A DNA stretch of 64,000 bases from Ruditapes philippinarum (lineage: Eukaryota): positions 1 to 64,000 of the forward strand of contig NW_026852876.1 of the NCBI RefSeq assembly GCF_026571515.1, written 5' to 3'. Positions 1 to 14,249 of the stretch are shown here, in pieces. The stretch's first letter is position 1, and every line of letters begins with the position of its first letter. Below the pieces are notes generated by a model that ran no database searches, was not told where the DNA came from, and saw only the letters and a program-made list of their open reading frames with translations. A program made the position numbers and the translations under genes.

Positions 1-186
1 TGAATGCCGGTGAGCCCCGGTTGTATTAAACATTTAAATACAACCGTGGCGATCTCTCAGTTTGTTCCGGTTCACCATGGATTGTCCCTTTACTTCACGG
101 AATCGCAACGGCCCAACGCCGGTTTACCACGGTTGACTAAACCGTGGCAAACCGGGACACCGAACCGGGACTGTGTAAATGGGGCT
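1..186. mobile_element. Right end of a probable PIF/Harbinger-like MITE (truncated by window edge)
   Basis: CCGG-rich subterminal motifs ending in GTGTAAATGGGGC followed by TTAA; the terminus style resembles Harbinger MITEs. The left end is outside the window. Confidence 0.4.
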
Positions 187-582
187 TAAACCGCCCATTT
201 ACGACTGTATAACTATTAGCACTAGCAACAAAAAAGGTCTTCAAATCAATGAAATGACTTAAACCGAATTCTGATAGCGACAATATCATAATACCTTTAA
301 GATGTTGCCAATCAGGGTTATAAATGAAAAAGGGAGACAAAAGAAAAATACTTATCTATTGAGAATTGAATTTCAATTGTATCTTTCTAGAATACGCTTT
401 CTAGCGTCAAGATTACATTATGTAGCAGCTCAAAACCTCGATATTTAGGTTCATAAAAAAAAAACAATTAAAACAAAGATACTTTTTGTTAAATGGCAAT
501 TACAGTAAAAAAATAACTATGAGAGTGTTAAAAAGTAAAATAATACTACTTTTAATCATGATTTTAACATGAATTTACATCT

Positions 583-758
583 TGCGACTTTTAAACGGCA
601 GTGTTGCGACATTTAACGGTAGGGGAAATTCGTACGACATTTAACGTTAACATTGCGACATTTAGCGGCAAATGATTTTGGGACATTTAGCGGCAATGGT
701 GCGACATTTAGCGGTAAGTGCGACATTTAGCGGCGTTGCGACATATAACGGCGCCACA
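583..758. repeat. Array of short GCGACATTTAGCGG-like repeats, probably the subterminal region of a DNA transposon ending in ...GGCGCCACA
   Basis: About 8 imperfect copies of (G)CGACATTTA(G/A)CGG between 583 and 752, ending abruptly at GCGCCACA (758). Confidence 0.6.
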
Positions 759-3700
759 GTACAGTTAAAGCGAGTGTATGGACGTAATAGTACCACTTGG
801 TTTACATTTTGCTAAATTTAAGACAAATAATTTCACATTCAGCGCTACTTTTTCTCATCATAATTATCTAATAAGCCTTGTATACATTATTAAAACAATA
901 TAAAGCTTTCTAAAGAAAATTATATTTGTGCCATTTAATAAGACCGTGGGTAACCTAGTTTAAATCTTTTGCATAATTTCTAAGTCAGTTTTGCGTTGTT
1001 TCGTATGAGTCAACTTTTATAATGATAATTCTTAGTTAATTTCTAGCTTATAAATGAACAAATAACTTGACTTACTATAATGTAACAGTATTGAGCGCGT
1101 GGATAATTATTTGTTCATCTATTCAATATGATTTATATTCAGTAATGTTTGTTAATAAGTTAATGAAGCAAATCTAGCCAAAGACATAATTATTGATCGT
1201 CATTCCAAATGTGACTCACTAATGGTGACAGGATCAAATGAAAATAATATTTTTACGACTTGTAATCAAAACCTGTAGATTTTGATATATCATTTATCAC
1301 GCTTAAATAATTCAGTTTAGGAAATTGCCTTGTATGAAAATATTGAGTACAGAAGTGGCAGAAATGAAAACTTATTTGTAAATATGCGCTTGTGTTTTGG
1401 ATCATCATCTCCATGCATGTATATTGCTTGTATTAACAGGCGATGTTGTGCCATCCACTGAAATAACTTGATATAATGAATAATGTTTTCCATTATTATT
1501 TGTTGATGATTTAAATCAGACAAGTGTAAATTTCGTAGAGCGCAACACTTTCAAAGAACTTTGAATTGAGACATTTTGCCAAGTGAAAGTTGGAAGAAAA
1601 AAATGTGAAAACAATTACTGGACAATTTCCTCTAGATTGTATCATATGTTGTTTGAACATTTTGCTGAGTAAGTATTTTAAAATTCACACCAGATCCTAA
1701 CCGTGTGGTCCGAGGCGTTTGTAGTGTGCCTCGGCACTCTAAGACGCTTGTTCCAGGAAAAGACTTAAATAACCAATGAAAATCCTATATATATTCAGTT
1801 CTTCTCTGCAAATTTTACAGGAAGTCAAATCGTTCACATGCGGTACTCGCCGAAAAAAAACTATTGGGCCATGGACCATGGTATCGGAAGGTGCAGCTTG
1901 GAAGATTATAATTATGCTACATGTTTCCTTTAATGTATTGACGTGAAAATGCGGATTTTTCTTCATTTTCTTAGAATATGGTCAAATGTCAACTAAGAAG
2001 ATATTTTTATGTAAACATTTAATACCCTTTTTATGGTAAACATTGCAAATATATGAACAAAATTGGTGTGAAACTAAACGTAAAACATTGTTTCTTATGA
2101 AACATAAAAAAATGATACTTCTACATTTTTTACAATGTAAACAAACAAACACAGTTGGTTTAACAAACAAACAAAATGGAGACCATTTATCTTCAAGCCG
2201 CTAAGCTAAGATCAGAATGGTATTGGGGGTAAACGTTTTACCAAAGATGACATTGTCAGTAAAACATGTCCTTTCATTTTGGGTTGTTTGGCCCAGTAAA
2301 TGTTTCAAAGTTATTAGGACCTACTGCCCAACGAATAAAAGTCACAATAAGTGCTCATAATCACAAATGCAACAGCCATGAACAACTGGATTGAAGTTTC
2401 CCTTTATGAAACATAGCTGACCACTTTTGGTGCGGCCAGTTTAATGCCAATGGCATTATTTGACCATCTTAGTTAAAGGACCTCAAAATGATGCTGCATT
2501 TCAAATATGAAAGCTCTCGACATTGTAGTTTATGGGAAGAAAATTTTGCCTTTTCCCCAAATATAAATTCTTGTAAAAATTGAACACCGTGGCCGGGAAT
2601 TTTTTTTACGCCTGGGTCAAATTTCAGCAATTTTGACAAAACAAAGTATCATGTCAAGAATCTAAAGTAGAAAAAATGGAACCCTTCTGAAAGCCCAAAA
2701 CAGCAAAACTGAATGTTGCAGGCTCAGTTTGATTGAGCCCGTTTACGGAGGCCAGTGGAAAGTGCAAGCTACTACCCAACCCCCCTAGCACCGGGATAAC
2801 CAGAAATCAACAATAAAACATTTCACTGCTTAAACTTTAAATTTAGAAACATTTGCAGATGTGTTCGTGCGGTGATGATCATGACTTGTTCAATGTGACA
2901 CGCTCGTGCAATTACAAATAAAAGCGGCATCTGGTCCCCAGTTAAGTAAAATAATGTAGACTAAATGGGACTAAATAGAATGGGACTTTATAGAGGAACA
3001 GAGGTTATGAAGCCTGCATATCACAGTCAGACGTCAATAGACAAAGTAAAAAGGCAGGCAACATATCCTTAGTGTGTCATACAATATTCAATGAGGAATA
3101 ACGGAACAAGAAAATTATCAACAAGAACAAGTTAAACTACTACACACATTCAAACATCATTAATGTCATGTTGAACAATCATTTATGATCGAAAATATAA
3201 CACCCATAATTGAATACACAGGGCGACTTTTTATGTCTTCCACACTAAACAAACAGCACCGAGGAGACAATAAAAATAAAAATGGAACATGTAAAGTTTA
3301 TGCGGTTTATGTGGAGATGTTGTTCAAAGTAAAAGTTTAAGGACAGATGGATGCAGGACGAATTGTGATCACAAGAGCTCACCTTGTCACTTTGTGACAA
3401 ATGAGCTAAAAACAGAAAATACACAAAAACCTATGACTACTGGGGCGGGTCAAATTTGTCTTGTAAAGTGACCTCCAGTTATGATCCAAAAATCATGGGT
3501 AAGGTTTCAAATAAACACATTTTAAATTAATATTGCATGCAGGAATTTTCTTAGTTTACAAAGTGCCATAACTCAGTCAATCCCATATAAGAGTTATCGG
3601 TATTGGAAAGTAAACTTCAGCTATGATTTCCAAGACATGTGACAACTGATATACCTGCAGCTGTTGTAAAGATAGACCTTGCATGTGAAATCCATTGTAA

Positions 3701-3896
3701 TTTTATTTCGCACACCAGAACAATTTTAACTTTTACTGTACTGTGTACAGGACCATTCCTGTAATGCCCACCATAAAATGCCCAGGTGCTTAAGTAATGT
3801 GATATCTACCAGAAAAACAGCAATGGATAAAGGCTATCACTATATCTCACTTAAGCACAATGTGATTTTCTATGGTAGACTATACATATTGTCAAT

Positions 3897-3959
3897 TTAG
3901 TGCTGTAACAGGTTAACTCCTTACACAATTTAATAGGAGTTAACTTGTTACTGCACTAA
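3897..3959. repeat. ~63-bp palindromic mini-element, copy 1 of 3
   Basis: TTAGTGCTGTAACAGGTTAACTCCT...AGGAGTTAACTTGTTACTGCACTAA; homologous hairpins at 12800-12862 and 25488-25549. Confidence 0.8.
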
Positions 3960-4114
3960 GGTGACTATATGTCTTTCTTTACATGATGAATAAGATCACA
4001 ACATGTATGTTAACTAGTAAATTGACTAAATTCATAACTGTCAGTTCTAGAACAGTGCAACAGTTTATTCTGTAGAACTCTAGATAAAAGTTTGTTGCTT
4101 GTACCAAGCCTGCA

Positions 4115-7100
4115 TCATGATAAGTATGCACAACTCTTAGGAATCCAAACACCAACAGATATGTCGGAACCAGCACTTGCAAGAACACCATTGTTGTGAC
4201 TTATCTGTAAAAAACAACAACAATTTTCTTGATGAACTTAAGCTGTCATAGGAGTGACCGATGCCTCTGTCATCTCTATGACATAGAATTTTATATAGGT
4301 ACATTTTTCAATATATTTGCAGGTGAGCATTTAAGCTAAGTTTGAAGAATGTCTATGAAGAAGTTTATAGAGGACAAAAATTAATGATGTGATAATCTAT
4401 TTACATTTTATACATCAGTATATTAGTACTGCAATATAAATTTCTTTTAAGAAATGCCAATCAAGTAATGAAGGGCAATAACTCAATGGTGTACATGCCT
4501 ATTTTGATATGTTTAATGAGCATCCTTTATCAACATACACTTCAATGGTAAGTTCTATGTCAATCTAATAAATCAGTTGTGAGATGGAAAGTTTGCTTTC
4601 AACAAGAAATGTGTCCAGAAGACATGATGCCCCCCCCCCCTTTCCTGTTTACAGACAGTCAGCATATCAGCTGGTCAGAGAGACAAATGGTCAGCCAGGT
4701 AGATAAACATCCAAGAGCAAATCTAAATGCTCCCCTCCTCCTAAATAACAAGGCATAAAAGTCTTCTTTTTTATAGTACATTGGGGCATATATCGAAAAC
4801 CAATTGCTTGATTTTGATGGCATTCAATATGTCTCAAATCCTAATATTCATACATGTTAAAGGAATAGGAATGGATGGATTGATGTCTGTCTAATATAAA
4901 TATTCATCATTTAAAAAGAGGTACCATGACAGTTTTTTTGTTGACATCAACCCTATGAGTGAGAAATTCGTGTTTTAAGACACTATTTTTTACTTGAGAA
5001 ATAAGTTCATGGGCGCCGCCATTTTGGCGTTCTGTCATTCTCGCGAGACAGACGAGACCGAGATTGTGACGTGTTATACCCACTTCCGGTAAAGGTGTTC
5101 ACGCTGGTATAACTGAAATATATCTCGATGAAGAACTTAATTAATCTTATTGCGTACATTATTTATTATTTATTAAAACATCATATGGAACTGAATTGCT
5201 TTAATTAATTAATTGAAGACGCCACGGCATTAATTATCATTTGTCCGATATTCAAGCTTGCTGATGATCCCACCACATGATTTAAGCAATGAATGCTTAG
5301 CTTTCAAAGATAAACCATTCAATGAATTTAATTTGGGTACTTTGAGAAACTTCTTCAAATTGACGATATGTCCTTTTATTTTGTACTTAATTTTCGCTAG
5401 ATAAGCTGTCCGAATAGGGTACATAGTCGGTCATGTATCTTTTTCTCAGCGTAAAATATCAACTGAATCCAATATGCAGAGATCTGCTGAGTACGCGATT
5501 TTCCGACATTGACGCTAAAAATAAAATGGCGCAGGAAAATCGGCAGCTAGACTAATATCGTATGAAAACAATCCAATCTACTTACCCAATCCCTTTCCCA
5601 CACAGATACGCATTTCTACTACTGTAAATTTAATCCAATAAAACAAAAAATCATAAATCTACTTAATATTTAAAATTATTATTGGTAACTGAAAAAACTG
5701 TGTTGCTATTTTATGAAATGCTGTAATTTACAGTATAACTTGACAGGTGCGGAACTTAATTTCCCCTAAGGTCATTCAGTCATGAAGCGTAAAAAAAATA
5801 GATGTCTATTTCGTCATTAGAAAATTTGACAAGGGTGATTAACCAATCAGGGCAACATTGTGCATGATCAAAAGGTCTGTCGGCACAGAGGCATACAAGG
5901 AGCAATAAAAATCGTTAGTACACAGTGTGACAGGAACATTTGGTGCAAATTAGGAACAATTAAAATGGATAATGCACAGTATTAGACATAAGTAGTAAGA
6001 ACCAGCAATTGTGTGAATAAATTATGCAAATGAGATTTTTGAGCAGCCAATAAAAATGTTTTGCCTGCAGTTAATATTAGGCTACGATTACGATGTAAAT
6101 AAATACCACGCAGCATCATACGTTGACAGACATGTTAACAATTTACTTTTCAAAAGAGTTGCTTATATTTTTGAAATGTGTACTAACATATGTTCACACC
6201 TTTTAATTTGAAAGTCAGAATCAAACTGCAAAAATTTAATTACATGTACTATTAAGAACACGTTTTAGTAGGATTTTTATAATAATGATAATTATCGCCG
6301 TTCAATAATTAACAGCCAATTATTCGTTGGTGCGTTTGTTTATTTAATTGCATTATTTGATTGTGAAACTTTGTTAAATAATAACATGTGTATTTATTAA
6401 CTCTGTGAAATATTGTTTAATTACATTAAGATGAGACTTTAATGAACATAGCATTGTTTGGAGTAACGGGCATCACTGGCCTGAAGTGGTGCGACCGGTA
6501 GACGTTGATTTTTTATTTGTTTCTTTATTTTTTTTTATTTTTTTTTTTTGGATATTGTTACGTATTTTGAACCATAAAAAAATCTCCTCTACACCTCCTG
6601 TGACAAATCAAATTGTCTGGTCAATACTTTATTATATAAATATTTCGCTACGATTCAACTAGATTTTTCATAAATCTAAAGATGTGGGGAAATGACATCA
6701 CGCGCACCTGTTTTTCTACTGCCAATACACAAACATGGCCGCGCCAACTGATTTGTAGAAATCGGTGATTTAGCGATTTAAATTTCGTTATCATTCGTTT
6801 AATATTATTATTTGGAGGCAGAAAATTTGCAGATTTATTATTTATAGTATTCGTTTTCTGAAATCAAGTTTTTATTCTAACCTTGTTTTTCCCTTTAAGT
6901 AACCTTATATTATGATCAACTATTTCTAAGAAATTGATTATTGGATGGGTTTTTAGATGGCCCCAACACAGTAGAGATCAAATGGAGACTCTAGCTTTAT
7001 TGGTGTAGGAATACTGGATAGCTTACATGAAAGAATCCAAAGTCCCTGTCAGAATTCGAACCCACAGCAGCTCAAATTTCATCCGAAAGTTATATCAAAG

Positions 7101-10100
7101 TAACTACTAGAGAATTATCTCTGAGGCAACATCATTTTTTTTTATCTTCTGTTAGTATTTCAAACTGTAAGAAGTAATACCTACCCTGGCAATTTCACCG
7201 GAATGAACGTTGAGAGAGTTGATTATTGCTGGGTCGCTGCTGGGTTCAACAATTTTGATGATTGAATCCGAGGATGTGAATATACCTCCATCAGTGGGAA
7301 CCAGTCCAGTAAGTCGACGTTCATTGCCAATATCAAATGTCTGCAGAAAAAGTCAGATTGGTTTATTTATTTTTGTATGATATCTAGAAGTATTGACGGC
7401 TGTGAATCATAGACCCACTAATGTTCAAGGTGACTTGGATACATTAAGAAAGGAGCAAATTTTGTGGCATAAAATACAAGGTGAATCACCAGATAGAATG
7501 GTTTTTGTGTAAAATGATGTCAGATAATGTGAACTATAAGGAAATCCTTTATACTTTTAAACTTAACAGACCATTCTGTCCTGTAAAAAAATTCAAAGTT
7601 TAGTTATGTATCACAAATATAACAGCAAAGAATAGTTGATTTCCCAATATAAGTTTATGTAGTTTTGACAATCTTCAGTTTGAATGGTCAAAGCCATGAT
7701 GACCTTGGTCATTAACAAACAGACCTTAAAATCATCATTATCAGGTATCATCTAGAAATCATGACCAATCTTCACAGCCAAAGCTTTCTCTATTGGTCAG
7801 ACAAGCTTTTAGTGATCATGGCCAAAATGACCTTGACCTTTGACCTTAAAATCAATAGGGGACATCTTCTAGTAATGACTAATCTCCATACTCTAGCCCT
7901 TAGGGGTTTTGGAGAAGTTTCTTTAAAAATATTTTGCTATATACATAAGGAAAACAAATGATCCTCAAGCAAGGACAAATTTTGACTTCAGGGCCATAAC
8001 TTGAACATTTTTTTTTTCTCTTTTGTTTGCTACAGCAATGAGAACTTTTCATGAAAGGATTATTTTTTAACAACTTTGAAAGATTTTTGTACCAGGAAAT
8101 GCTTGCAAAGTTTTAGCAACATTAGGAGATGTTCTTTAATACAAAAACTGATGGTGCACAACAGATACATCTACCAGGTAAGTAACAATAGCTCACAAAA
8201 TGAGCTGTAAATAAATCATAGCAAAATTATTATGACACTGAAATTATTTAATAGGGTAATAATAAACATTAGATTCATTATCCAGTAGTTGCTGGTTTGA
8301 TCCTCTAGCAGCGCAAGATTTCTCCATGACATTTGATCTAGGACATTGAGTTTAATAGTCATTAATAGTCATTTGTTTCTCACCGCTGATTCAGAAATTA
8401 TGTAGGATTAGTAGTCTGTCACTTTTGGAGAAATTGTTAAATACTAGTTAGTTATCCAGCATGGCCTGTAAGGTGAACCAGCTGTCAAGCTATGACCATA
8501 CATGTATTTAAAACAACGTTAAACAACCAGACAAACCAACAAACAAACATTTTCATTATGACATTGTGAACATTTGCATTAATCACCAATCAGACAATCA
8601 TGCCTTATAGGCAGTAGCCTAAGCATATAATAATATATAACTTAAATGATAGCAGGAAAGTTATAACTATGACTCGATAAGACACAAAACCTCACCTTTA
8701 TCAGACTCTCGTCAAAGAGACCATCAGTTGTATCCATCACATTTAGTTTACCAGCCTTGTCTCCCATCCATAACTGATTATTCTGGTAACTCATACTCGG
8801 TACAAAACTCTCAGTCTGTAACAAACAAAAACTGGCGTCTTTTAGTATAATAAATCTATGTTTATGATGTGTAAACATGGGTACAAGTTAAAACTGTGAG
8901 AAAACCTGAAAATCCTGAAAAGGTTATGATATTATTCAACAATAGACAAATTCTTTACAAAAATTTGTAAATTTATTTTTTCCCCTAATTATTACAGCAG
9001 CAGGCCTCCAGAAGATACCCAGAAAAACTACCATTGTACTAATATTTCAAAATCCCTCCTCAAAAACATAGTTTAAAGAAACAGAAATGACACTTCAAAA
9101 TGTTCATATTTAAACATTCTTGCCCTAAAAACAGTTTGCTTTTACGACAATATACCTTCATTTTTTATCCTACGGAATACCTTCATCCAGGTTTTTTTTC
9201 TAGTACCATGTGATTGCACAGGACAGTATCGCGACCATTGATCCGGAACACATGGAATCCGGGATCGTATCAAACATAGAGGGAAACAAATAAAATGCTT
9301 TGATTTTGATATCAGTAGTATTTTATGGCACTAAAAATTATAACTGATAATTTCATAGTATACATGTATATGATTACCAATATATCGATTTAAACTTTAG
9401 CATGAAACATGATGAGGGCCTACTCATTGACGAAAATTGATCAACAACCTTGGGCGTACCAGATACTGGGATTTTTCCGAACTACTGTTGTGACGATGTT
9501 GAATGAATTATCCTCTGCTATTTATATTGGCTACTGCCTTAGTAAAGTAGTAGATTATGCAAAGAAAAAACACAATATATTGATGCTTTTGTCAACTAAA
9601 TTAAGATGTCATTAATAATGGATATACACAATTAACTTAACTTAATCACAATTTATCATTTACTTGGAATTTTACTTCATTTTTTCCATTTTACCATCTG
9701 GAGGCAAATGGCTTTAAGGCCTTATCTTGGACGTTCATAAATCCAATCTTTAATCAAAATCAAGATATCACTAGCTGAAGCTAGAATTGTAAAACATTGT
9801 TTTTACAAAATTTTAATTGTTACAGTTTTCATCATACCTTAAACGTCTTATATTTTTTGCCTGCCACCCTGTCATATATAGCCACAGATTTGTCCTCACT
9901 TCCTGTAATAACGTATTTGTCGTCTGCTACCACACTCAGAACCGGTTGTGAATGGTAATGTTTCTTGATGCAATCATCTGGTGAGCGTGGGTCTAACATG
10001 TATAAACGCTTGTCAAAGCCACAGGCAGCAATAAAGTTTGGCTCGTAATAAAGGCCAAGAATAGCTGTTTTCAATCTGTAAATAGGTATTCAATTTAAAC

Positions 10101-13100
10101 TGTAAAATGATGTTCAATTTAATCTGTAAATAGATATTCAATTCAATCTGTAAATTATGTATTATTAGATTATTAAAGCGATACTTTACCCATCTAAATG
10201 TAAATAGTGAGTGTACAGGTAAAAGTAATGTTATTTAAATAAATCGGAAAATACGACTCAATTATTATATGCCAGGTAGCATAAAACAAATATTTAAAAG
10301 ATATTATGTAGTGAAAGATATTAAACAATTAGTTTACCCTTAAACATTTCAGAAACAAGAGGGCCATGATGGCCCTAGATCGCTCACCTGACCCATCAAA
10401 CTCATCCAAACAATTACCTAGACAAGCATTCTGACCAAGTCTCATGACAGGTGAGTCAAAAATGTGACCACTTCAGTGTGAACAAGGATTATCCATATTT
10501 GAGCAGTGTGACCTAGTTTTTTACCCAGGTGACCCATATTCAAACTTGACCTAGAAATCATCAAAACAAACTTTCAGACCAATTTCCAGGATACTTGGAT
10601 CAAAACAGTAGCAACTAGAGTGTTAACAAGATTTTTCTATTTTTAGCTCCGGTGACCTAGTTTCACATGCGATTTCGAACTCATAAGAGCAATTACCTAG
10701 ACAAGCATCCTGACCAAGTTTGATGATAATTGAGTCGAAAATGTGACCACTAGAATGTTCACAAGGTTTTTCCATATTTGGGCGGTGTGACCTAGTTTTT
10801 CATCCAAAATGACCCATGTTCGAACTTGACTTAGAAATCATCAAAACAAACTTTCAGACCAATTTACAGGATATTTGGATCAAAACAGTAGCCACTAGAG
10901 TGTTAACAAAATTTTTCTATTTTTAGCTCCTGTGACCTAGTTTTTCATCCAAGATGACCCATGTTCGAACTCATCCGAGCTATTACCTAGGCAAACATCC
11001 TGACCAAGTTTGATGATGATTGAGGCAAAAATGTGACCTCTAGAGTGTTAACAAGGTTTTTCTATTTTTAGCTCTTGTGACCTAGTTTTTCATCCGAGAT
11101 GACCCATGTTCGAACTCATCCGAGCTATCAACTAGATAAGCATCCTGACCAAGTTTGATGATGATTGAGGCAAAAATGCGACCGCTAGAGTGTTAACAAC
11201 AAAATGTAAACGGACGACGGCCGACGGACAATCATCGATCCTAAAAGCTCACCCTGAGCATGCTCAGGTGAGCTAAAAAGAGATAGTTGGCTTATTGGCT
11301 AAACCAAGAAGTCCCTGTGCACTTAACTTCATTTAATGAAATGTGACCACATATAAAGTTTTAAGCTTATAACTAAACTAGTTTTAATGTTATGTTCCAA
11401 TAAATGTGTGATGGATGGACAAATGCTCTTAGGAATACATATTTGTTGGAAATTTCCGTGGCCTAGTGGTTAAGATCAGTTGCACCTCACTGCTTTCGGT
11501 TCGAATCCCACCAGGTAGTTTGAATTCTTTCCATGAGGAAGCTTTCCTTCCAGCTTGCTTACAGAACATCAGTTGTTCTATTCAGATGCCTATTTATGCC
11601 TGAAATAATACACAAAGGGGCACCAGAGTTCTTTTACCAGTAATGCTGGAAAATCGGCATACATGTTTGACCTTTACAGTTTCAGTAAGACTTAGGAAAT
11701 CTTATAGTAACATTGCCATTAGCAAAGTTTCAAAATTACTTATGTTTAAAACAGATCTTACTTTATTTCCGAACTTTTTGTGACAGCACCATTGTTGAAG
11801 TCCCACAGACGTATGAAAGTATCCCATGAGCCTGTGACAAGTGTGTCATCATATGATGCCATTGACCACACCCAACCCTGAAAAATTAACAAAACTATGG
11901 CTTAACTAGACAATACTGCAGACAGCAGATATTGGATATTACATGTATGTGTGCCTCTTTTGACATCAAATATTAAATTTGTAGATAGGATCACTCTGTT
12001 GTGCCTCATTGTAAATTTGCATCTAAATGTATAACACATGACAACATGCATCTTACTTGTAGCCCCTCCTTGAATTTTATTTGATAAAGAAATGTGAGAT
12101 GTTTATAATGTTTAGAATTTGCACATATCAGTTTATCTTGTAATTCAGTTAAGTAAGTTTGGTTTTTGTGATAGAAGAGACAGGCTATCTGTGAACATAC
12201 TATAGAAAGTGATATCACTTTTTCTGGATTTTAGGTACGCAACCTACCTTATGAGCTTTTGTCTCGGAGGCAACAATGAGATCTTTTTCTTGCCCCTCTT
12301 TTGCACAATCATATTTTGTAAGATCCACAATGTTAAAATGACGATCTCTTGAACCAACTGCTAAAAATTTCCCTTCCTGTAAAAGATCATTAGTTCAACA
12401 AATTAATGATTAAAATGATTTATAGAACTGTTGTAGAAGTCTAAACATCAATCTTTAAGCTAAATACAACTGTTTGACCACATGGACATGATTTAATAAA
12501 TATCATTTGCAAAGGTCTACAAGGCAGTGCTACTTGGAAAAATATCTCAGTGCTACTTGGAAAAATATCTAAGTTCACTCAGGGCAAAAATCAAGTAAAA
12601 TTTCATTCTAGGATTATATACCTAACATGTTGACATCCATTTATTATCTCAAAGGTATGCGTGAAGTCTCAAGCAAATACCTTCATTTATTGATGAAATA
12701 AAAAGTTGCACATAAAGAATTATATGTATGCAAAACTTAGGTGCAAGTGTGTCAAAAAGTTATATTAAAGTATAGTGAAGTTCAGAACATTTCTTCACCT
12801 TCGTGCAATAACGGGTTAACTCCTTACATAATTTAATAAGAGTTTACCCGTTACTGCACTAATGTGACGATTGGTACCTTCATTAAATGAACAACATCCA
12901 CAGCTGCAAAAAATCCTTCCTTTAATATAAAATGGTTAAAGTGTTTGTCTGGGTTTGACCACAGCTTGTGAACTTCCTCACGCTCCATACATGCTTTATG
13001 CCAGTTGAAATCTTCTCCTATAATACATGGAAATGAGAATAGTTAATAGAATTATAATGAAGAAATAGATCTGAAATGTACCTGAAACAATTCTAATGAA

Positions 13101-14249
13101 ATTGAGCAAGATCTTAGAATGAATACGGTAGTCATTTATCATTGACCTGATCTTGAAGTATATTTTAAACAAACCCTTTCACTGCCATAGGGACGGCTTA
13201 AGCCGTCCCTGTTATTTTTGGTGTATTTGCCATATGGACGGCTTTAGCCATTTCTATAATAATAATAGTAATAATAATAAATTAATAATAATAATAATAA
13301 AAAAAATAATAATAAATATAAAGAAAATTATACCATCAACAATAATTATTATTATACTAACAGATTTGGAAACATATATAATTATTATAATACTAATAGC
13401 AAATAATAATAATAATCATATTAATTAATAATATAGTAATTTCTTAGAAAACCCTCTGGCAGCGAAAGGGTTAACAAGCTTTACTGATCAGATTATAAGG
13501 AGATAAATATATAAATTTAAATCTTTCAAGTTTTAGACTTTCTATTCTTTACATTTTCAACCAATGCAGCTTGCAATGGAATTTTAAGTGTAACACTACA
13601 AAGTTTGCTAAAGCTTCTTTTCAATTAACCATTACACTAAATGAGCTGAAAGTGATTGGGCTTTGCCACCAGTATAAGGCCAGGTCAACCTGCATTTCTG
13701 ACCAGGTTCTGTAATGTAGGCTGCATAGTTTTGGTATAGGATACTGAAAACCCTAAGGAAACTTTGAATGTACTGTTTCTAATTCAATGCAAGGCGAATC
13801 CCATACATAATTTAAGTAGGATAAGTGTTTTACACAACTACAGTTTCAGTAATTAAGTAAACTAAGCTTTAAAATCAAATTAATTCAGATGACTGAAATT
13901 TCAAAATCTACTACATACTTTCAAACACTGGATACTGCTTGGTCCATCTTTTCGAGATTCTCGTTCTCCAATACCTGTCACTGGAGAAAAGTTCATAGAA
14001 CTTTTTGCAAGCACTATACAGGGAACGGCCTATTGTCCTGGATTCAAGGTACGACGCTATATGGATCAGAATTTCAGACGGCAAGTCTGTAAGAACTAAA
14101 TTGTCTTCATCAAAATCTGGATTTTCAGGATTGTCCGCATTGGTGTTAGTATTTTCAGGAAAACCTTTGTTTATATCATTTATTAACTCCATCTTGTAAA
14201 TTAGATCTGTGTCCACTCCACTATCTATCACAGAATTATTTTCACTCAT
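4115..14249 (-). CDS. FBXW9: F-box/WD repeat-containing protein 9, 8 coding exons, ~439 aa
   Basis: Exons with GT-AG boundaries and consistent phases: 14249-13919, 13017-12878, 12376-12248, 11877-11762, 10075-9838, 8815-8696, 7340-7185, 4204-4115 (TGA), total 1320 nt. N-terminal F-box (LTDLPSEILIHIASYL...ACKKF...YWRTRI), then DFNWHKACMERE, VGSRDR, HKGWVWSMA...VTGSWDTFIRLWD, VITGSEDKSVAIYD, VLASAGSDISVGVW. This motif order matches FBXW9/MEC-15 proteins. Confidence 0.9.
10354..11278 (+). mobile_element. Helentron-like non-autonomous element with ~145-bp internal tandem repeats
   Basis: 5' AACAAGAGGGCCATGATGGCCCT inverted repeat; ~6 units (GTGACCTAGTTT at ~10508, 10653, 10787, 10933, 11078); GGACG/GACG microsatellite; 3' palindrome AGCTCACCCTGAGCATGCTCAGGTGAGCT. 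Lies in FBXW9 intron 4. Confidence 0.75.
11455..11700 (+). mobile_element. tRNA-derived SINE
   Basis: A box GTGGCCTAGTGG (11458) and B box GGTTCGAATCCC (11498). Related body fragments at ~6940-7070, ~45870-46010 and ~48640-48840 (minus) and ~38380-38460 (plus). Confidence 0.7.
12800..12862. repeat. ~63-bp palindromic mini-element, copy 2
   Basis: GTGCAATAACGGGTTAACTCCT...AGAGTTTACCCGTTACTGCAC, homologous to 3897-3959. Confidence 0.8.
13174..13470. mobile_element. piggyBac-like MITE with an (AAT)n-rich interior
   Basis: Termini CCCTTTCACTGCCA...TGGCAGCGAAAGGG followed by TTAA; the left TTAA is degenerate. Confidence 0.55.

Noticed and set aside
1560-1675. Strong donor TGA|GTAAGT suggesting a plus-strand exon
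   Set aside because: No linked downstream exon or coding signal found; insufficient support.
9180-9290. Possible extra FBXW9 exon with a donor-like AG|GTATT
   Set aside because: Exons 10075-9838 and 8815-8696 already join in frame with a sensible WD40 continuation, and this segment has no WD40 character.
13153-13428. Asn/Ile-rich 91-aa ORF
   Set aside because: Translation of an (AAT)n tract inside a MITE in an FBXW9 intron.
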